Source: an uncultured Candidatus Saccharibacteria bacterium (lineage in GTDB: Bacteria > Patescibacteriota > Minisyncoccia > Phycocordibacterales > UBA12088). From it: a stretch of 64,000 nucleotides of DNA. The notes beneath the pieces are model-generated. The model did not search any database, was not told the DNA's origin, and was given only the letters and a program-made list of their open reading frames with translations. The translations under genes and the position numbers were made by a program. The DNA lies in NCBI GenBank assembly GCA_964531785.1, contig CAZHFF010000001.1, positions 165,997-229,996 on the forward strand, read 5' to 3'. Positions 52,277-60,943 of this stretch are shown one piece after another; position 1 is the stretch's first letter, and each line of letters begins with the position of its first letter.

Positions 52277-53367
52277 AAAAATACTGGCCGACAAAAAAAC
52301 TTGGTGAAGTGGTTGAGCTTGCTTACGGCAAGGGAATATCAAAAACTGAACGTCATGCAAGTGGTCAATATGTTGTATACGGCGCAAATGGTGGGCTTGG
52401 TAGAACAGATAAGTTTCTTGTTGAAGGAGAAGCAATTATCGTCGGCAGAAAAGGCTCTGTTGGAGAGCTTCATAGAGTGTCTGGGAAGTTTTGGCCATCA
52501 GATGTGACCTATTTCATTGTTGGAAACGATCAAATAGATGTGGATTACCTTTTTTATTTTTTGAAGAGCCAAAAGTTACAAAGATTTGCAGTTGGGGTCA
52601 AGCCCGGTTTAAATAGGAACAGAGTATACGAACTTGGAATCCCCCTCCCACCCCTCGCCGAACAAAAGCGGATTGTTGCCAAGCTCGAAAAGCTGCTCGG
52701 GAAGGTGAAGGAAGCAAAACGCCTCCGCGCCGAAGCGCAGGCTCTCACCGCCTCACTCCTCCCCGCCGAACTGGACAAAATCTTCAAGGAAGGAAAAAAG
52801 AAGGGGTGGGAAGAAAGAAAAATTGCTGAGGTCGCGCGAGTAATAAACGGACGTGCGTACAGCCAAAATGAGCTACTTGAAAAAGGGAAGTATAGGGTGC
52901 TACGTGTTGGAAACTTTTTTACCAACAAGAGCTGGTATTTCTCCGATCTTGAGCTAGAACCTGATAAATATTGTGACAACGGAGATCTTCTGTACGCTTG
53001 GTCTGCTTCTTTTGGTCCACGTATCTGGGAAGGTGAGAGAGTAATCTACCACTACCATGTTTGGAAAATAGAACCCTCGCGACTTATATCAAAGTTCTAC
53101 CTAAAGTATTTGCTTGAAGAAATAACTGAAGAAATGAGAGCTGAAGGAGGACGAGGCGCAACAATGTCTCATTTAACAAAGGGAAATTTTGAAAATGTAT
53201 TAGTACCGGTGCCACCCCTCGCTGAACAACGTCGCATCGTCGCCCACCTCGACACCCTCTCCGAAAAAGTCCGCACCCTCCAAGCGCTCCAAGCCCAAAC
53301 CGCCACCGACCTCGCCGCGCTCGAAAAGTCCATCCTCTCAAAAGCGTTTAGCGGAGAATTCGTTTAA
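52273..53367 (+). CDS. hsdS: type I restriction-modification system, S subunit
   Basis: Two target-recognition domains separated by conserved helices (PPLAEQKRIVAKLEKLL and PPLAEQRRIVAHLDTL). Confidence 0.92.
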   Translation: MKKYWPTKKLGEVVELAYGKGISKTERHASGQYVVYGANGGLGRTDKFLVEGEAIIVGRKGSVGELHRVSGKFWPSDVTYFIVGNDQIDVDYLFYFLKSQKLQRFAVGVKPGLNRNRVYELGIPLPPLAEQKRIVAKLEKLLGKVKEAKRLRAEAQALTASLLPAELDKIFKEGKKKGWEERKIAEVARVINGRAYSQNELLEKGKYRVLRVGNFFTNKSWYFSDLELEPDKYCDNGDLLYAWSASFGPRIWEGERVIYHYHVWKIEPSRLISKFYLKYLLEEITEEMRAEGGRGATMSHLTKGNFENVLVPVPPLAEQRRIVAHLDTLSEKVRTLQALQAQTATDLAALEKSILSKAFSGEFV

Positions 53368-53376
53368 CATTACCGT

Positions 53377-53976
53377 ATGACTGGAATAGTCTACATACTC
53401 ACCAACGAAGCGATGCCCGACTATGTAAAGATTGGCTTTACGCAGGGGACCGTGCAGGAAAGAATATGCCAGCTTGATAGGACCGGCGTGCCGCTTCCGT
53501 TTGAGGTGTACTACGCGGCTACGGTTGCGGACGCGGAAAAGGAAGAGCGTTGGATTCATTCGATTTTTGCAGACAGGCGTGCCCGAACAAATCGGGAGTT
53601 TTTCAAAATGAACCCGGAGTACGCCGCGCTCGCGCTTAAACGTGTGGAGATAGAGCAGGTGCGCATCGAAAGTGAACTTACGCCGGAGCAGGAAAAAGAG
53701 GTGGAGGAAGTCAAAGAAAGGCGTTCCCGTTTCCATTTTGCTGATTACGACATATCCATCGGCTCCATGCTCACCTTTACGCGAGATCCAAGCATCGTTG
53801 CCACGGTTGTGGAGAACGACAAAATAAAAATAGGCGACAGAGTTGATAGCTTGTCGAGTTTTGCGCGAGACCTCTTGGGATATACGCGTCGTCCGCAGGG
53901 CACGCTCTACTTCAAGTATGAAGGGGAGATACTCGATGATCGCCGCCGCGCAATGGATAGCGAGGGGGCAGAGTAG
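53377..53976 (+). CDS. T5orf172 / GIY-YIG-like domain protein
   Basis: GIVYILTNEAMPDYVKIGFT..RICQLD..PFEV..EKEERWIHSIFADRR..REFF pattern. The C-terminal ~80 aa are unassigned. Confidence 0.7.
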   Translation: MTGIVYILTNEAMPDYVKIGFTQGTVQERICQLDRTGVPLPFEVYYAATVADAEKEERWIHSIFADRRARTNREFFKMNPEYAALALKRVEIEQVRIESELTPEQEKEVEEVKERRSRFHFADYDISIGSMLTFTRDPSIVATVVENDKIKIGDRVDSLSSFARDLLGYTRRPQGTLYFKYEGEILDDRRRAMDSEGAE

Positions 53977-53992
53977 GTGCAGAAAAAATACC

Positions 53993-54715
53993 ATGGCAAT
54001 TTTGCATAACTGTTCAGATAGGTGGCTCCTCAAGAAAGCTTTCAAGCCAGTGCTGTATTTTCTTATTCTCGTCATATTTACTGCCTTTGTTCTTTCACTG
54101 ATGTATTGGCATGCATCAGCCACAGCAAATGGTTTTGCTATGTTGTTTGTTATTGCCTTTGGCGTTGTCGTAGCCAGGCGGGCAAGGTGGCTAGGTAGGC
54201 AAGTGGCAGAAAATACTGAATCCTATCGCGCAGGATGGTTTGGGGAAATGGTCGTGGGATTGCAACTGTACCGGCTTCCGGACACGTATCATGTTTTCTA
54301 CGATGTAAAGCTCGAGGAAAATAAGGGCAACACCGACTACATCATAGTCTCACCGCACGGTATCGCTACGCTCGAGGTTAAGAACCATAGAGGCAAGCGT
54401 ATGTATGGTGCTTTAATGCACAAGGAATACAACCAAGCACTAAATGAGTCGCGTCAGCTGCACAGCATACTCGAAGAAGGTGGGATACATGCGGGTTGGG
54501 TTACGAGCGTACTCGTTCGTTCTGATCTTCCGTACCTGAAACCAGAACTACATGATCAACTCACTGTAGTTGGGCTACTTAACGTAAGGGCACTTCTTTC
54601 GCGGGTTAATACCAATCGTGATCCTGAACATCATCTGCAGGAACCTGATATACGCAACTCTGTTGTGGCCATAGAAACGCTGGCGAAATGTAAGTCGCGC
54701 GCTGTTATTAAATGA
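53993..54715 (+). CDS. NERD domain protein with two N-terminal TM segments
   Basis: GWFGEMVVGLQL..YHVFYDVKL..TDYIIVSPHGIATLEVKN pattern of NERD nuclease-related domains. Confidence 0.7.
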   Translation: MAILHNCSDRWLLKKAFKPVLYFLILVIFTAFVLSLMYWHASATANGFAMLFVIAFGVVVARRARWLGRQVAENTESYRAGWFGEMVVGLQLYRLPDTYHVFYDVKLEENKGNTDYIIVSPHGIATLEVKNHRGKRMYGALMHKEYNQALNESRQLHSILEEGGIHAGWVTSVLVRSDLPYLKPELHDQLTVVGLLNVRALLSRVNTNRDPEHHLQEPDIRNSVVAIETLAKCKSRAVIK

Positions 54716-54846
54716 ACATCTACCTCGACATCGACGGAACTCTTATTCTCCCCTGTAACCTTTCACCATTAACCTCGCAAACAACTAACCGTTCCTCACT
54801 TACCACTTTTGCGGTGGTAGTTGGTATACTAGAGGAGACTGATTGA
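54712..54846 (+). pseudogene. HAD-hydrolase N-terminal relic
   Basis: MNIYLDIDGTLI (HAD motif I DxDGT), after which the frame runs into repeat element B. ATG overlaps the NERD stop. Confidence 0.45.
54757..54830 (+). repeat. pyrimidine-rich CACTAACC element, copy B
   Basis: AACCTTTCACC..ACTAACCGTTCCTCACTTACCACTTTTGCGGTGGTAGTTG. By eye it matches copy C at about 36 of 46 positions. Confidence 0.6.
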
Positions 54847-54859
54847 AGCTGCTTAAAAA

Positions 54860-55630
54860 ATGTTCAAAGACGCTGTTTTGATAATAAAAAGGCACCTTAC
54901 GACAAGACCGCCGTTTTTTATTGCCTTACTAGTAGCTGTAGCGCTGCAGGTACAGGTTTCGAACAGCTCTGGTTTGCCCCTTGGTCAAGCTGTGTTGGAT
55001 GGCGTAGTTATATTTGCGCTGCTGTTTACCGCATACCGCTTCGTGCTTTTCCTCTACCGTTCGCGCAAATCTGTACGCCATAAGCTCATCGGTACTACTG
55101 TAGCGTACCTTAGACCTCACAAAAAAATCTTTCTGGCCGCATTGTCGGTGATGGTTCTATGCATCAGCACAACGGTCACATGGTACTTCTTCGTACCTCA
55201 TTTTCATATTGAACCGCCTAAGGGGTTTCAGCATGCGACGCAGCTATTCGAGGTCCCGTTTATCATAAGGAACAACAGTCTGGCAGCACCGAAGCACATA
55301 TCGGTCATCGTTCATTATGTACACTACGATGCAACAATCACGTACATGAATGGTTCTACAATAATGCATGATTCCGATTGGCCAGCTTATAAGTATGGGC
55401 ACGAAGCTAGTTTGCATATATCACCTATGGTAAGGCAGGATTTCAACGCGTACCCAATCAGGGAACTGCTCATGAAGGTGGTGCTGTCCTATGAGTACTT
55501 CTTTACACACCATAGCCAGGAGCACTGCTTTCGGTTGACTAGAAAAAACGAATACGGAGACTACATGTGGAATTCATCAATGGACTGTTGGAACAATGCT
55601 ATTGTGACTGAAAACCCCGGTCCAACTTAA
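54860..55630 (+). CDS. hypothetical polytopic membrane protein
   Basis: 256 aa with three TM segments in the N-terminal half. No family recognised. Confidence 0.5.
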   Translation: MFKDAVLIIKRHLTTRPPFFIALLVAVALQVQVSNSSGLPLGQAVLDGVVIFALLFTAYRFVLFLYRSRKSVRHKLIGTTVAYLRPHKKIFLAALSVMVLCISTTVTWYFFVPHFHIEPPKGFQHATQLFEVPFIIRNNSLAAPKHISVIVHYVHYDATITYMNGSTIMHDSDWPAYKYGHEASLHISPMVRQDFNAYPIRELLMKVVLSYEYFFTHHSQEHCFRLTRKNEYGDYMWNSSMDCWNNAIVTENPGPT

Positions 55631-55864
55631 ATGATCAGCCTGTGTAGCAAGACAGCAATAATTGAGACGAACACACGACCAGGAAGTGAAAAACGACGAC
55701 GTACCGTAGATAGGTGTATCTTGTGCATCCCCTACGGGTCACGCACATTGCTGAGAAAAATCACACATCCTCATACATGCAACCAAAATACCCACAATCA
55801 ATTGTGGTATTCGTCATATGTTCAGGCGTACTACATGGCGTGCGACTGTTGATTTGAGTGTGTT

Positions 55865-55925
55865 CACTGATCACTAACCACTCCTCACTAATCACTCTCG
55901 CGCTGGTAGTTGCTGACTTTGTATC
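55865..55925 (+). repeat. pyrimidine-rich CACTAACC element, copy C
   Basis: TCACTAACCACTCCTCACTAATCACTCTCGCGCTGGTAGTTG, upstream of the 55954 gene. Confidence 0.6.
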
Positions 55926-55953
55926 TTGTCTACGAGCGATGTAGTATGAATAT

Positions 55954-56436
55954 ATGGACAAGATACCGAAAAACACCGTCTGCCTTTGGTTCGACAAGGA
56001 CGCAGAGGATGCGGCAAGGTTCTATGCTGCGACGTTTCCGGGCAGTGCCGTTACGAACGTGTTTCGTGCTCCCAGTGATTTTCCGGACGGCAAGGAGGGT
56101 GACGTGTTAACGGTTGAGTTTACCGTCTGTGGCATCCCATGCATTGGGCTCAATGGCGGTCCCACATTTACACAGTCTGAGGCCTTCTCGTTCCAGATCG
56201 CTACCGAGACCCAGGAAGAAACGGATCGCTACTGGAATGCTATCGTTGACAATGGCGGGAAGGAGAGTGCATGTGGATGGTGCAAGGATCGCTGGGGCGT
56301 ATCATGGCAGATCACACCACGCACCCTTATTGAAGCTCTCGCAGCAGGCGGTGCAGAAGCAAAACGTGCCTTTGACGCCATGATGACCATGCAGAAGATC
56401 GACGTCGCTGCGATCGACAAGGCGCGTCAGGGATAA
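55954..56436 (+). CDS. VOC/glyoxalase-superfamily protein (PF06983-type, 3-demethylubiquinone-9 3-methyltransferase domain)
   Basis: VCLWFDKDAEDAARFY..FTVCGIPCIGLNGGP..DRWGVSWQI pattern. Confidence 0.75.
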   Translation: MDKIPKNTVCLWFDKDAEDAARFYAATFPGSAVTNVFRAPSDFPDGKEGDVLTVEFTVCGIPCIGLNGGPTFTQSEAFSFQIATETQEETDRYWNAIVDNGGKESACGWCKDRWGVSWQITPRTLIEALAAGGAEAKRAFDAMMTMQKIDVAAIDKARQG

Positions 56437-56668
56437 AATTCAGGCACTAGCATCCTTCCTCAGAAATACTAAAAAGTTGTCGCGGTATTTTTTGTACGCC
56501 AGCACTCACGGTGTTGTGAAAAGGTAGATGGTATCGGTTGTGGTGAGTATACGTCGTCATGAGCTCGTACATAACTGCCCAGCAATCGGTGAACCAGTGC
56601 GTTGCTTGCACACAAGCACGTACTGTAGTACTACTACGTACTAGTAGCGACCACAGAGAGATCTCGAA

Positions 56669-57136
56669 ATGACGGTAGTATTATCTTTTGCCAAAAAGAA
56701 AAGCGATGATCAGGTACGCGCGCAAGGTGCATCTACCGTCACAGAGGCACAGCTCAGGCGTTTGCGGTCGGTCATGTGGTTAGGGAACGGCGCTGTGTCG
56801 GCGAACCTTATGCTTGAAACGCTGCAGGAACTCGAGACCGCTTTGACCTATGCGCTCTGCGGTGGACGCGGAGTTCGACCTAACGACCCTGCTACTGAAC
56901 ATCTCGGGATGGTATTTTTAGAATTGTCTGCAGCGCACCAGAAGGCACTAATACATGATGCGTCCTTATGTGTGAAGCAGTTGCGTGAACATGTGCTGGA
57001 TGCGTCTGAACCGTTGATCTTGCTACCCGCTACGGCGCACGAGACGTTTAGTGCCTTGTATTTCGTATCGCTTGACGCACTGTTTCGATTGTACTGGGAA
57101 CATATGGCGGTCGAGCGCGTCGAGAAGTCAGCGTGA
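56669..57136 (+). CDS. hypothetical protein
   Basis: 155-aa ORF. No family recognised. Confidence 0.4.
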   Translation: MTVVLSFAKKKSDDQVRAQGASTVTEAQLRRLRSVMWLGNGAVSANLMLETLQELETALTYALCGGRGVRPNDPATEHLGMVFLELSAAHQKALIHDASLCVKQLREHVLDASEPLILLPATAHETFSALYFVSLDALFRLYWEHMAVERVEKSA

Positions 57137-57248
57137 AGAGATGAGCACCCCTGTACGTTTTTGCAGGGGTGTTTTGTACTTACCTCCCCCCGTCATGTCG
57201 CTTTACCTGAGCAACTACCCCCCTGATGACCGCCTTCGTGCGCGACAC

Positions 57249-57274
57249 GTAGCTTCCGGCCAAGTAACGGTGTG
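57249..57274 (+). repeat. 26-bp perfect direct repeat, left copy
   Basis: TAGCTTCCGGCCAAGTAACGGTGTGA, identical to 58159-58184. Confidence 0.9.
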
Positions 57275-57494
57275 ATCGGCGTGTCGAAAACATGATGGGG
57301 TTACGATGAACGGCCGTCGCAGTGCTAGTGCTTCGGTCACCAGAATTCACGCGGGTGCTTACGCCAGTAGAGCACTAGCTTTGTGGTCAAGGTACCAAGG
57401 AGGCGTACTTGCGGGGCATGCGTTAGTGTCCTGATACTGACATTCTGTGATGGTGCTAGCCAGTGCCAGAGGTGTTTGCACCCTATAGACAAAA

Positions 57495-57523
57495 TTGACA
57501 GCGTAAGAGAAAAGCAGTATAAT
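57495..57523 (+). promoter_or_regulatory. consensus sigma70 promoter TTGACA-17-TATAAT
   Basis: The -35 is at 57495-57500 and the -10 at 57518-57523, 33 nt upstream of ATG 57557. Confidence 0.65.
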
Positions 57524-57556
57524 ATACAAAGAGTCACAGGGATAAAGGCGAAGTAC

Positions 57557-58051
57557 ATGAATCTTGCAGAAAGGGCGGCTATTCGTGGCAACCTTGGTTA
57601 CCAGGTAACCATGATACTGTGCTTCTTGGGCTTGGTTGGTTTCTACGGTCAGGAGACGGTACCGCTAGCACTGCAATTGCTTGGGTTTGGCGGCGCGTTT
57701 TTGTTTCTCTACTGCTTGTTCAAGCTCTATCCGGTGTGGAAGGTCAGCGCACCTGGACAGGCGACAAGGCCGAGACCAGCACTGCTCACGACCGGACCGT
57801 TCAAGTACACCCGGCATCCCATGTATACAGGCCTGTTCTTAATGGCTTTGGATCTCTGGGTTCCGGGACCTGCGTCCCTAGACTGGCCCTTCTTTATGCT
57901 CTCTGGCCTGTTCCTGGTCTGCATGGTCATTGCCGGTTATTACCAGGAACAAGAAACCCTTGCCAGGTTTGGAGAGGAAGCAGCAGAGTACTACAAACGT
58001 ACCCCAAGGTTCTTCTTCATGTACCCGTTCATTTCTAGAAAAGCTAGTTAA
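57557..58051 (+). CDS. isoprenylcysteine carboxyl / phospholipid methyltransferase family membrane protein
   Basis: GPFKYTRHPMYTGLFLMAL motif and four TM segments. The ORF extends upstream to 57383. Confidence 0.75.
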   Translation: MNLAERAAIRGNLGYQVTMILCFLGLVGFYGQETVPLALQLLGFGGAFLFLYCLFKLYPVWKVSAPGQATRPRPALLTTGPFKYTRHPMYTGLFLMALDLWVPGPASLDWPFFMLSGLFLVCMVIAGYYQEQETLARFGEEAAEYYKRTPRFFFMYPFISRKAS

Positions 58052-58158
58052 ACTTTGACCGCTCGGTGAGTATCCCGGGCGGTTTCTTCTTGTGTTTGCT
58101 TGATGTACAAGTATGCGTGAGTAAGGTCAATGAAGTCGTCCCTGAATGCCCTGTCACT

Positions 58159-58184
58159 TAGCTTCCGGCCAAGTAACGGTGTGA
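58159..58184 (+). repeat. 26-bp perfect direct repeat, right copy
   Basis: Identical to 57249-57274, 910 bp downstream. Confidence 0.9.
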
Positions 58185-58351
58185 CGGGGTGGAAGGGTAA
58201 GGGATAGTCGCCGGGGTTGAGGTGCAGCGTACGAGTTCCCTTAGAGCGCGTACGAAAAACCTGCCAGCGTGCGCGCAGGGTGTCGTGTGTTCAGTCCGGC
58301 AACTGCGAACTGGCGTATCCAGGTATATGCCTGTGCCCGACGTAAAGAGTG

Positions 58352-58798
58352 CTAGCTCGTGTCCCGAGATGGTTGTGTCCGGCAATTGATCATCCATGGT
58401 ATGCCAAACCTGTCCTTGCACATGCCGAAGTAGTCTCCCCAGAACGCATCGGCCATAGGCATAACCACCTCGCCTCCGTCACAGAGGAGCTTGAATATCC
58501 GATCAGCCTCACCTTTGCTCTCCGACCCGATCGAGATGTGCGTCTGTGTGCCTTTGACGACCGTGTGGTCTTGTCCCGGGGGCGCGTCAGAGAGCATCAG
58601 GTGGTCGTTGCCTATCTGAAGCGACGCGTGGAGTATGCGCTTTGCGCCTTCCTGATCAAGTTCGGGCGCGTTCTCATCGTGCGGCATATCTGCAAAGGTC
58701 ATTACTTCGACCGATGCAGGATTGAACACCTCGGTATAGAGCTGTATGGCTTCACGTGCAGTGCCGGGGAACGTGAGATACGGGTCAAGCTTCGTCAT
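58352..58798 (-). CDS. VOC family protein (PhnB-like)
   Basis: DPYLTFPGTAREAIQLY..HASLQIG..LMLSD..FWGDYFGMCKDRFGIPWMI pattern. Confidence 0.8.
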   Translation of the reverse strand: MTKLDPYLTFPGTAREAIQLYTEVFNPASVEVMTFADMPHDENAPELDQEGAKRILHASLQIGNDHLMLSDAPPGQDHTVVKGTQTHISIGSESKGEADRIFKLLCDGGEVVMPMADAFWGDYFGMCKDRFGIPWMINCRTQPSRDTS

Positions 58799-59038
58799 GA
58801 ATTCAGCTGTTCATACAGGTGCGTCACCTTCGCAACGTGCTGTGTGACGTCCTGCCGTATGGCTAGTAAACGTTCGCTTAAGCAAGTATGTCATACCTGT
58901 TGGTAAGGTGCGATGAAGCGAATCGATGCAGAGCCCCGGATGCGCGGCGTTCGAACCAGCCTTCCCCAGAAAATTGACAGAATACCATACGCGTGTAATA
59001 ATACTAAGAGATCAGCTATCACGGTATAGAGAGGATCG

Positions 59039-59932
59039 ATGTCCAACCTTGTGTTGTTTGTGTGGTTCATGTCCATAACCTGGATAGTGGCGGTCGCGAT
59101 CAAGCAGCTCGGTTTTGCCCTTGTGAAAGGCAGCCTGTTCCACGGGTTGCGCGCCGGGTTTACCAGAAGGGCCCGTGCACCCGGCTTCCGAGGCTTCGTG
59201 TATACGAAGCTGTCCGAGCTCGTGACCTGCCGGCTGTGCATGACCATGCAACTCTCGATCTGGCTGGTAATCCTGCCGAGCGCAGCGCTAGGCCTGGCTA
59301 TCGATCTCGTGCCGACACTTCTCGTCCGGGGCGGCTTTGAGCTCGCCAGTGTGCCTGCTGTCGCTCTGCAGTTATTGGCCAGCGTCCTCTACGGGTTCGG
59401 TGTCTCGGGCCTTTCGCTATTGCTGTGGAATCGGCATGAGTACCCGGTAAAGCGGTACGAGACAGCTGTTACTGAGCTCGAACGGGTCATCTTTGAACGC
59501 GATCAGCTCAGGCAAGAGAACGAAATGCTTCGGTCTCGCGACCGTGCAGGTACCCGTTCGAACCACGAGGAAGAACGCTTAATGAATGAAGCTGATCGTT
59601 CTGATGCGGTTCATGCTCAGACGCTCGTCACCGAACGTGAAATCGTCACGCTGCTCAGTGCCGTGCATAACGCGTCCCACGGCATCGGTTGCGGCTACGA
59701 ACGCCGTCGCATGCGGAGATCGAAGGTGCAGGAGTGGCTCCGTGTCTGGGGAGCGAAGAGTCCCATCCACACGGCCTATGTGCGGACGCTGAGCGGCATC
59801 CTTGAGCAGCATTTGCCCGATTACTTTCGGGAATACAGTGATGAAGACGACGACAGAAGTTACGCTGCTCGCGGCGTCGAAGACCATTCGGCCGCGATGA
59901 AGTTTGCAAAGCGCGTGGTGCGATCGCTCTGA
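59039..59932 (+). CDS. hypothetical membrane protein with coiled-coil C-terminal half
   Basis: 297-aa ORF with several TM segments. The CRLCMTMQLSIW segment is weakly reminiscent of DUF1360. A TTGACA-type promoter lies at 58973. Confidence 0.5.
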   Translation: MSNLVLFVWFMSITWIVAVAIKQLGFALVKGSLFHGLRAGFTRRARAPGFRGFVYTKLSELVTCRLCMTMQLSIWLVILPSAALGLAIDLVPTLLVRGGFELASVPAVALQLLASVLYGFGVSGLSLLLWNRHEYPVKRYETAVTELERVIFERDQLRQENEMLRSRDRAGTRSNHEEERLMNEADRSDAVHAQTLVTEREIVTLLSAVHNASHGIGCGYERRRMRRSKVQEWLRVWGAKSPIHTAYVRTLSGILEQHLPDYFREYSDEDDDRSYAARGVEDHSAAMKFAKRVVRSL

Positions 59933-59954
59933 GAGAACAGAGCGCGAATACGGA

Positions 59955-59985
59955 ACCCGGTAGCAGAACGCTACCGGGTGTGTTG
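59955..59985 (+). terminator. hairpin terminator after 59039..59932
   Basis: ACCCGGTAGC agaac GCTACCGGGT followed by GTGTTG. Confidence 0.55.
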
Positions 59986-60013
59986 CTGGTCGAGGCTTTG
60001 CGTCGCGGGATCA

Positions 60014-60038
60014 GAAAAAGACCGCAGTGCTGCGGTCT
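60014..60038 (-). terminator. rho-independent terminator after 60041..60313
   Basis: Minus strand reads AGACCGCAgcacTGCGGTCTTTTTCTG, immediately after the stop. Confidence 0.7.
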
Positions 60039-60040
60039 TG

Positions 60041-60313
60041 TTACCTTAGGACGCACCAGGTCCATACCAGGACGAGCACCAGGAATGCGACGAGAAAACC
60101 GGCGAACCCTGAAAGCAGAGACCCTAGCACGACGTGGAGCACCAGGTCTGCGGTATCGTTGGCACTGCTTCGTGGCAACGGGTATCGTGAGGGGCCTGCG
60201 GTGAGGATCGGCCCGGCGATGTACTGGTATATGAGCGCAAACGCAAATGACAGTAGGCCGACCGCGCGTGCGTATCGGGCGAGGTGGACGAGGTCGCTCA
60301 TGGGCCACGGCAT
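60041..60313 (-). CDS. hypothetical small membrane protein
   Basis: 90 aa with two or three TM segments and a terminator directly downstream. Confidence 0.5.
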   Translation of the reverse strand: MPWPMSDLVHLARYARAVGLLSFAFALIYQYIAGPILTAGPSRYPLPRSSANDTADLVLHVVLGSLLSGFAGFLVAFLVLVLVWTWCVLR

Positions 60314-60416
60314 GGAAAGCTCCGTACCTATACTCTAACCACGATACCGAAAATCAGACCTGCGGTGAAGCTCGGTGGTCCGTGCGCACGCGGTTTGATG
60401 TTCATCGTCACGTTCG

Positions 60417-60821
60417 TTACTGGACCTGGAGCTGAACGATGCTCTGTGTTTCGTCTAGGTAGACCGTGATCGTGATCCTGTCCCCCATGATCGCATCATA
60501 CTCTTTTCGGAACCTGATGGCTCGGGGTTCGTTGGGAACATCGTATCGTCTGAAGTTGTTTGCGATCAGTACGCCCTCGAGCGGTGCTATGGGCGAGCCT
60601 ATGGGAAAGGTTCGTACGACGCAGTCCTCGAGCCCGGTGACCGTTCCCCAATCGCAAGGTCGAATATCGACTGCTTGGGGAGGGTCTTGGGAGAGAAGAT
60701 AGTAGGTCACGAGGAGGAAAACGCCAACCGCGGTTGTGCCGTATATCTGTAACGTTCGCGCTCGCCGCTGTTTTTGGAGAGGGGTAAGTGGAGGAGCTGT
60801 CATAGGAGCAGTCTTGCTCAT
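60417..60821 (-). CDS. hypothetical membrane-anchored protein
   Basis: Start placed at MSKTAPM. One TM segment (GTTAVGVFLLVTYYLL). The ORF extends to 60977. Confidence 0.45.
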   Translation of the reverse strand: MSKTAPMTAPPLTPLQKQRRARTLQIYGTTAVGVFLLVTYYLLSQDPPQAVDIRPCDWGTVTGLEDCVVRTFPIGSPIAPLEGVLIANNFRRYDVPNEPRAIRFRKEYDAIMGDRITITVYLDETQSIVQLQVQ

Positions 60822-60943
60822 GATACCGTGCCCTATATCGTTGAACAACAAACAGTATCGCCGCAGCTGTGTATAGGGGTGCACGGGCTTGCGGGTACGC
60901 TGATCCGCACGTACACTGTGCCCGCACGCCTGTGCATTACACC

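Noticed and set aside
53338-54123. 261-aa minus-strand ORF across the T5orf172/NERD junction
   Set aside because: It is antisense to two plus-strand genes with recognisable domain motifs and tight operon spacing, and has no motifs of its own.
56600-56650. Cluster of short palindromes (GTAGTACTAC, TACTAGTA) upstream of the 56669 ORF as an operator
   Set aside because: The palindromes are only 8-10 nt, AT/GT-rich and adjacent to a low-confidence gene. Evidence is insufficient to call a regulatory site.
58158-58421. 87-aa minus-strand ORF between the right 26-bp repeat and the PhnB-like gene
   Set aside because: It overlaps the 3' part of the well-supported VOC gene in another frame and has an unconvincing composition. 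The region more likely holds gene fragments.
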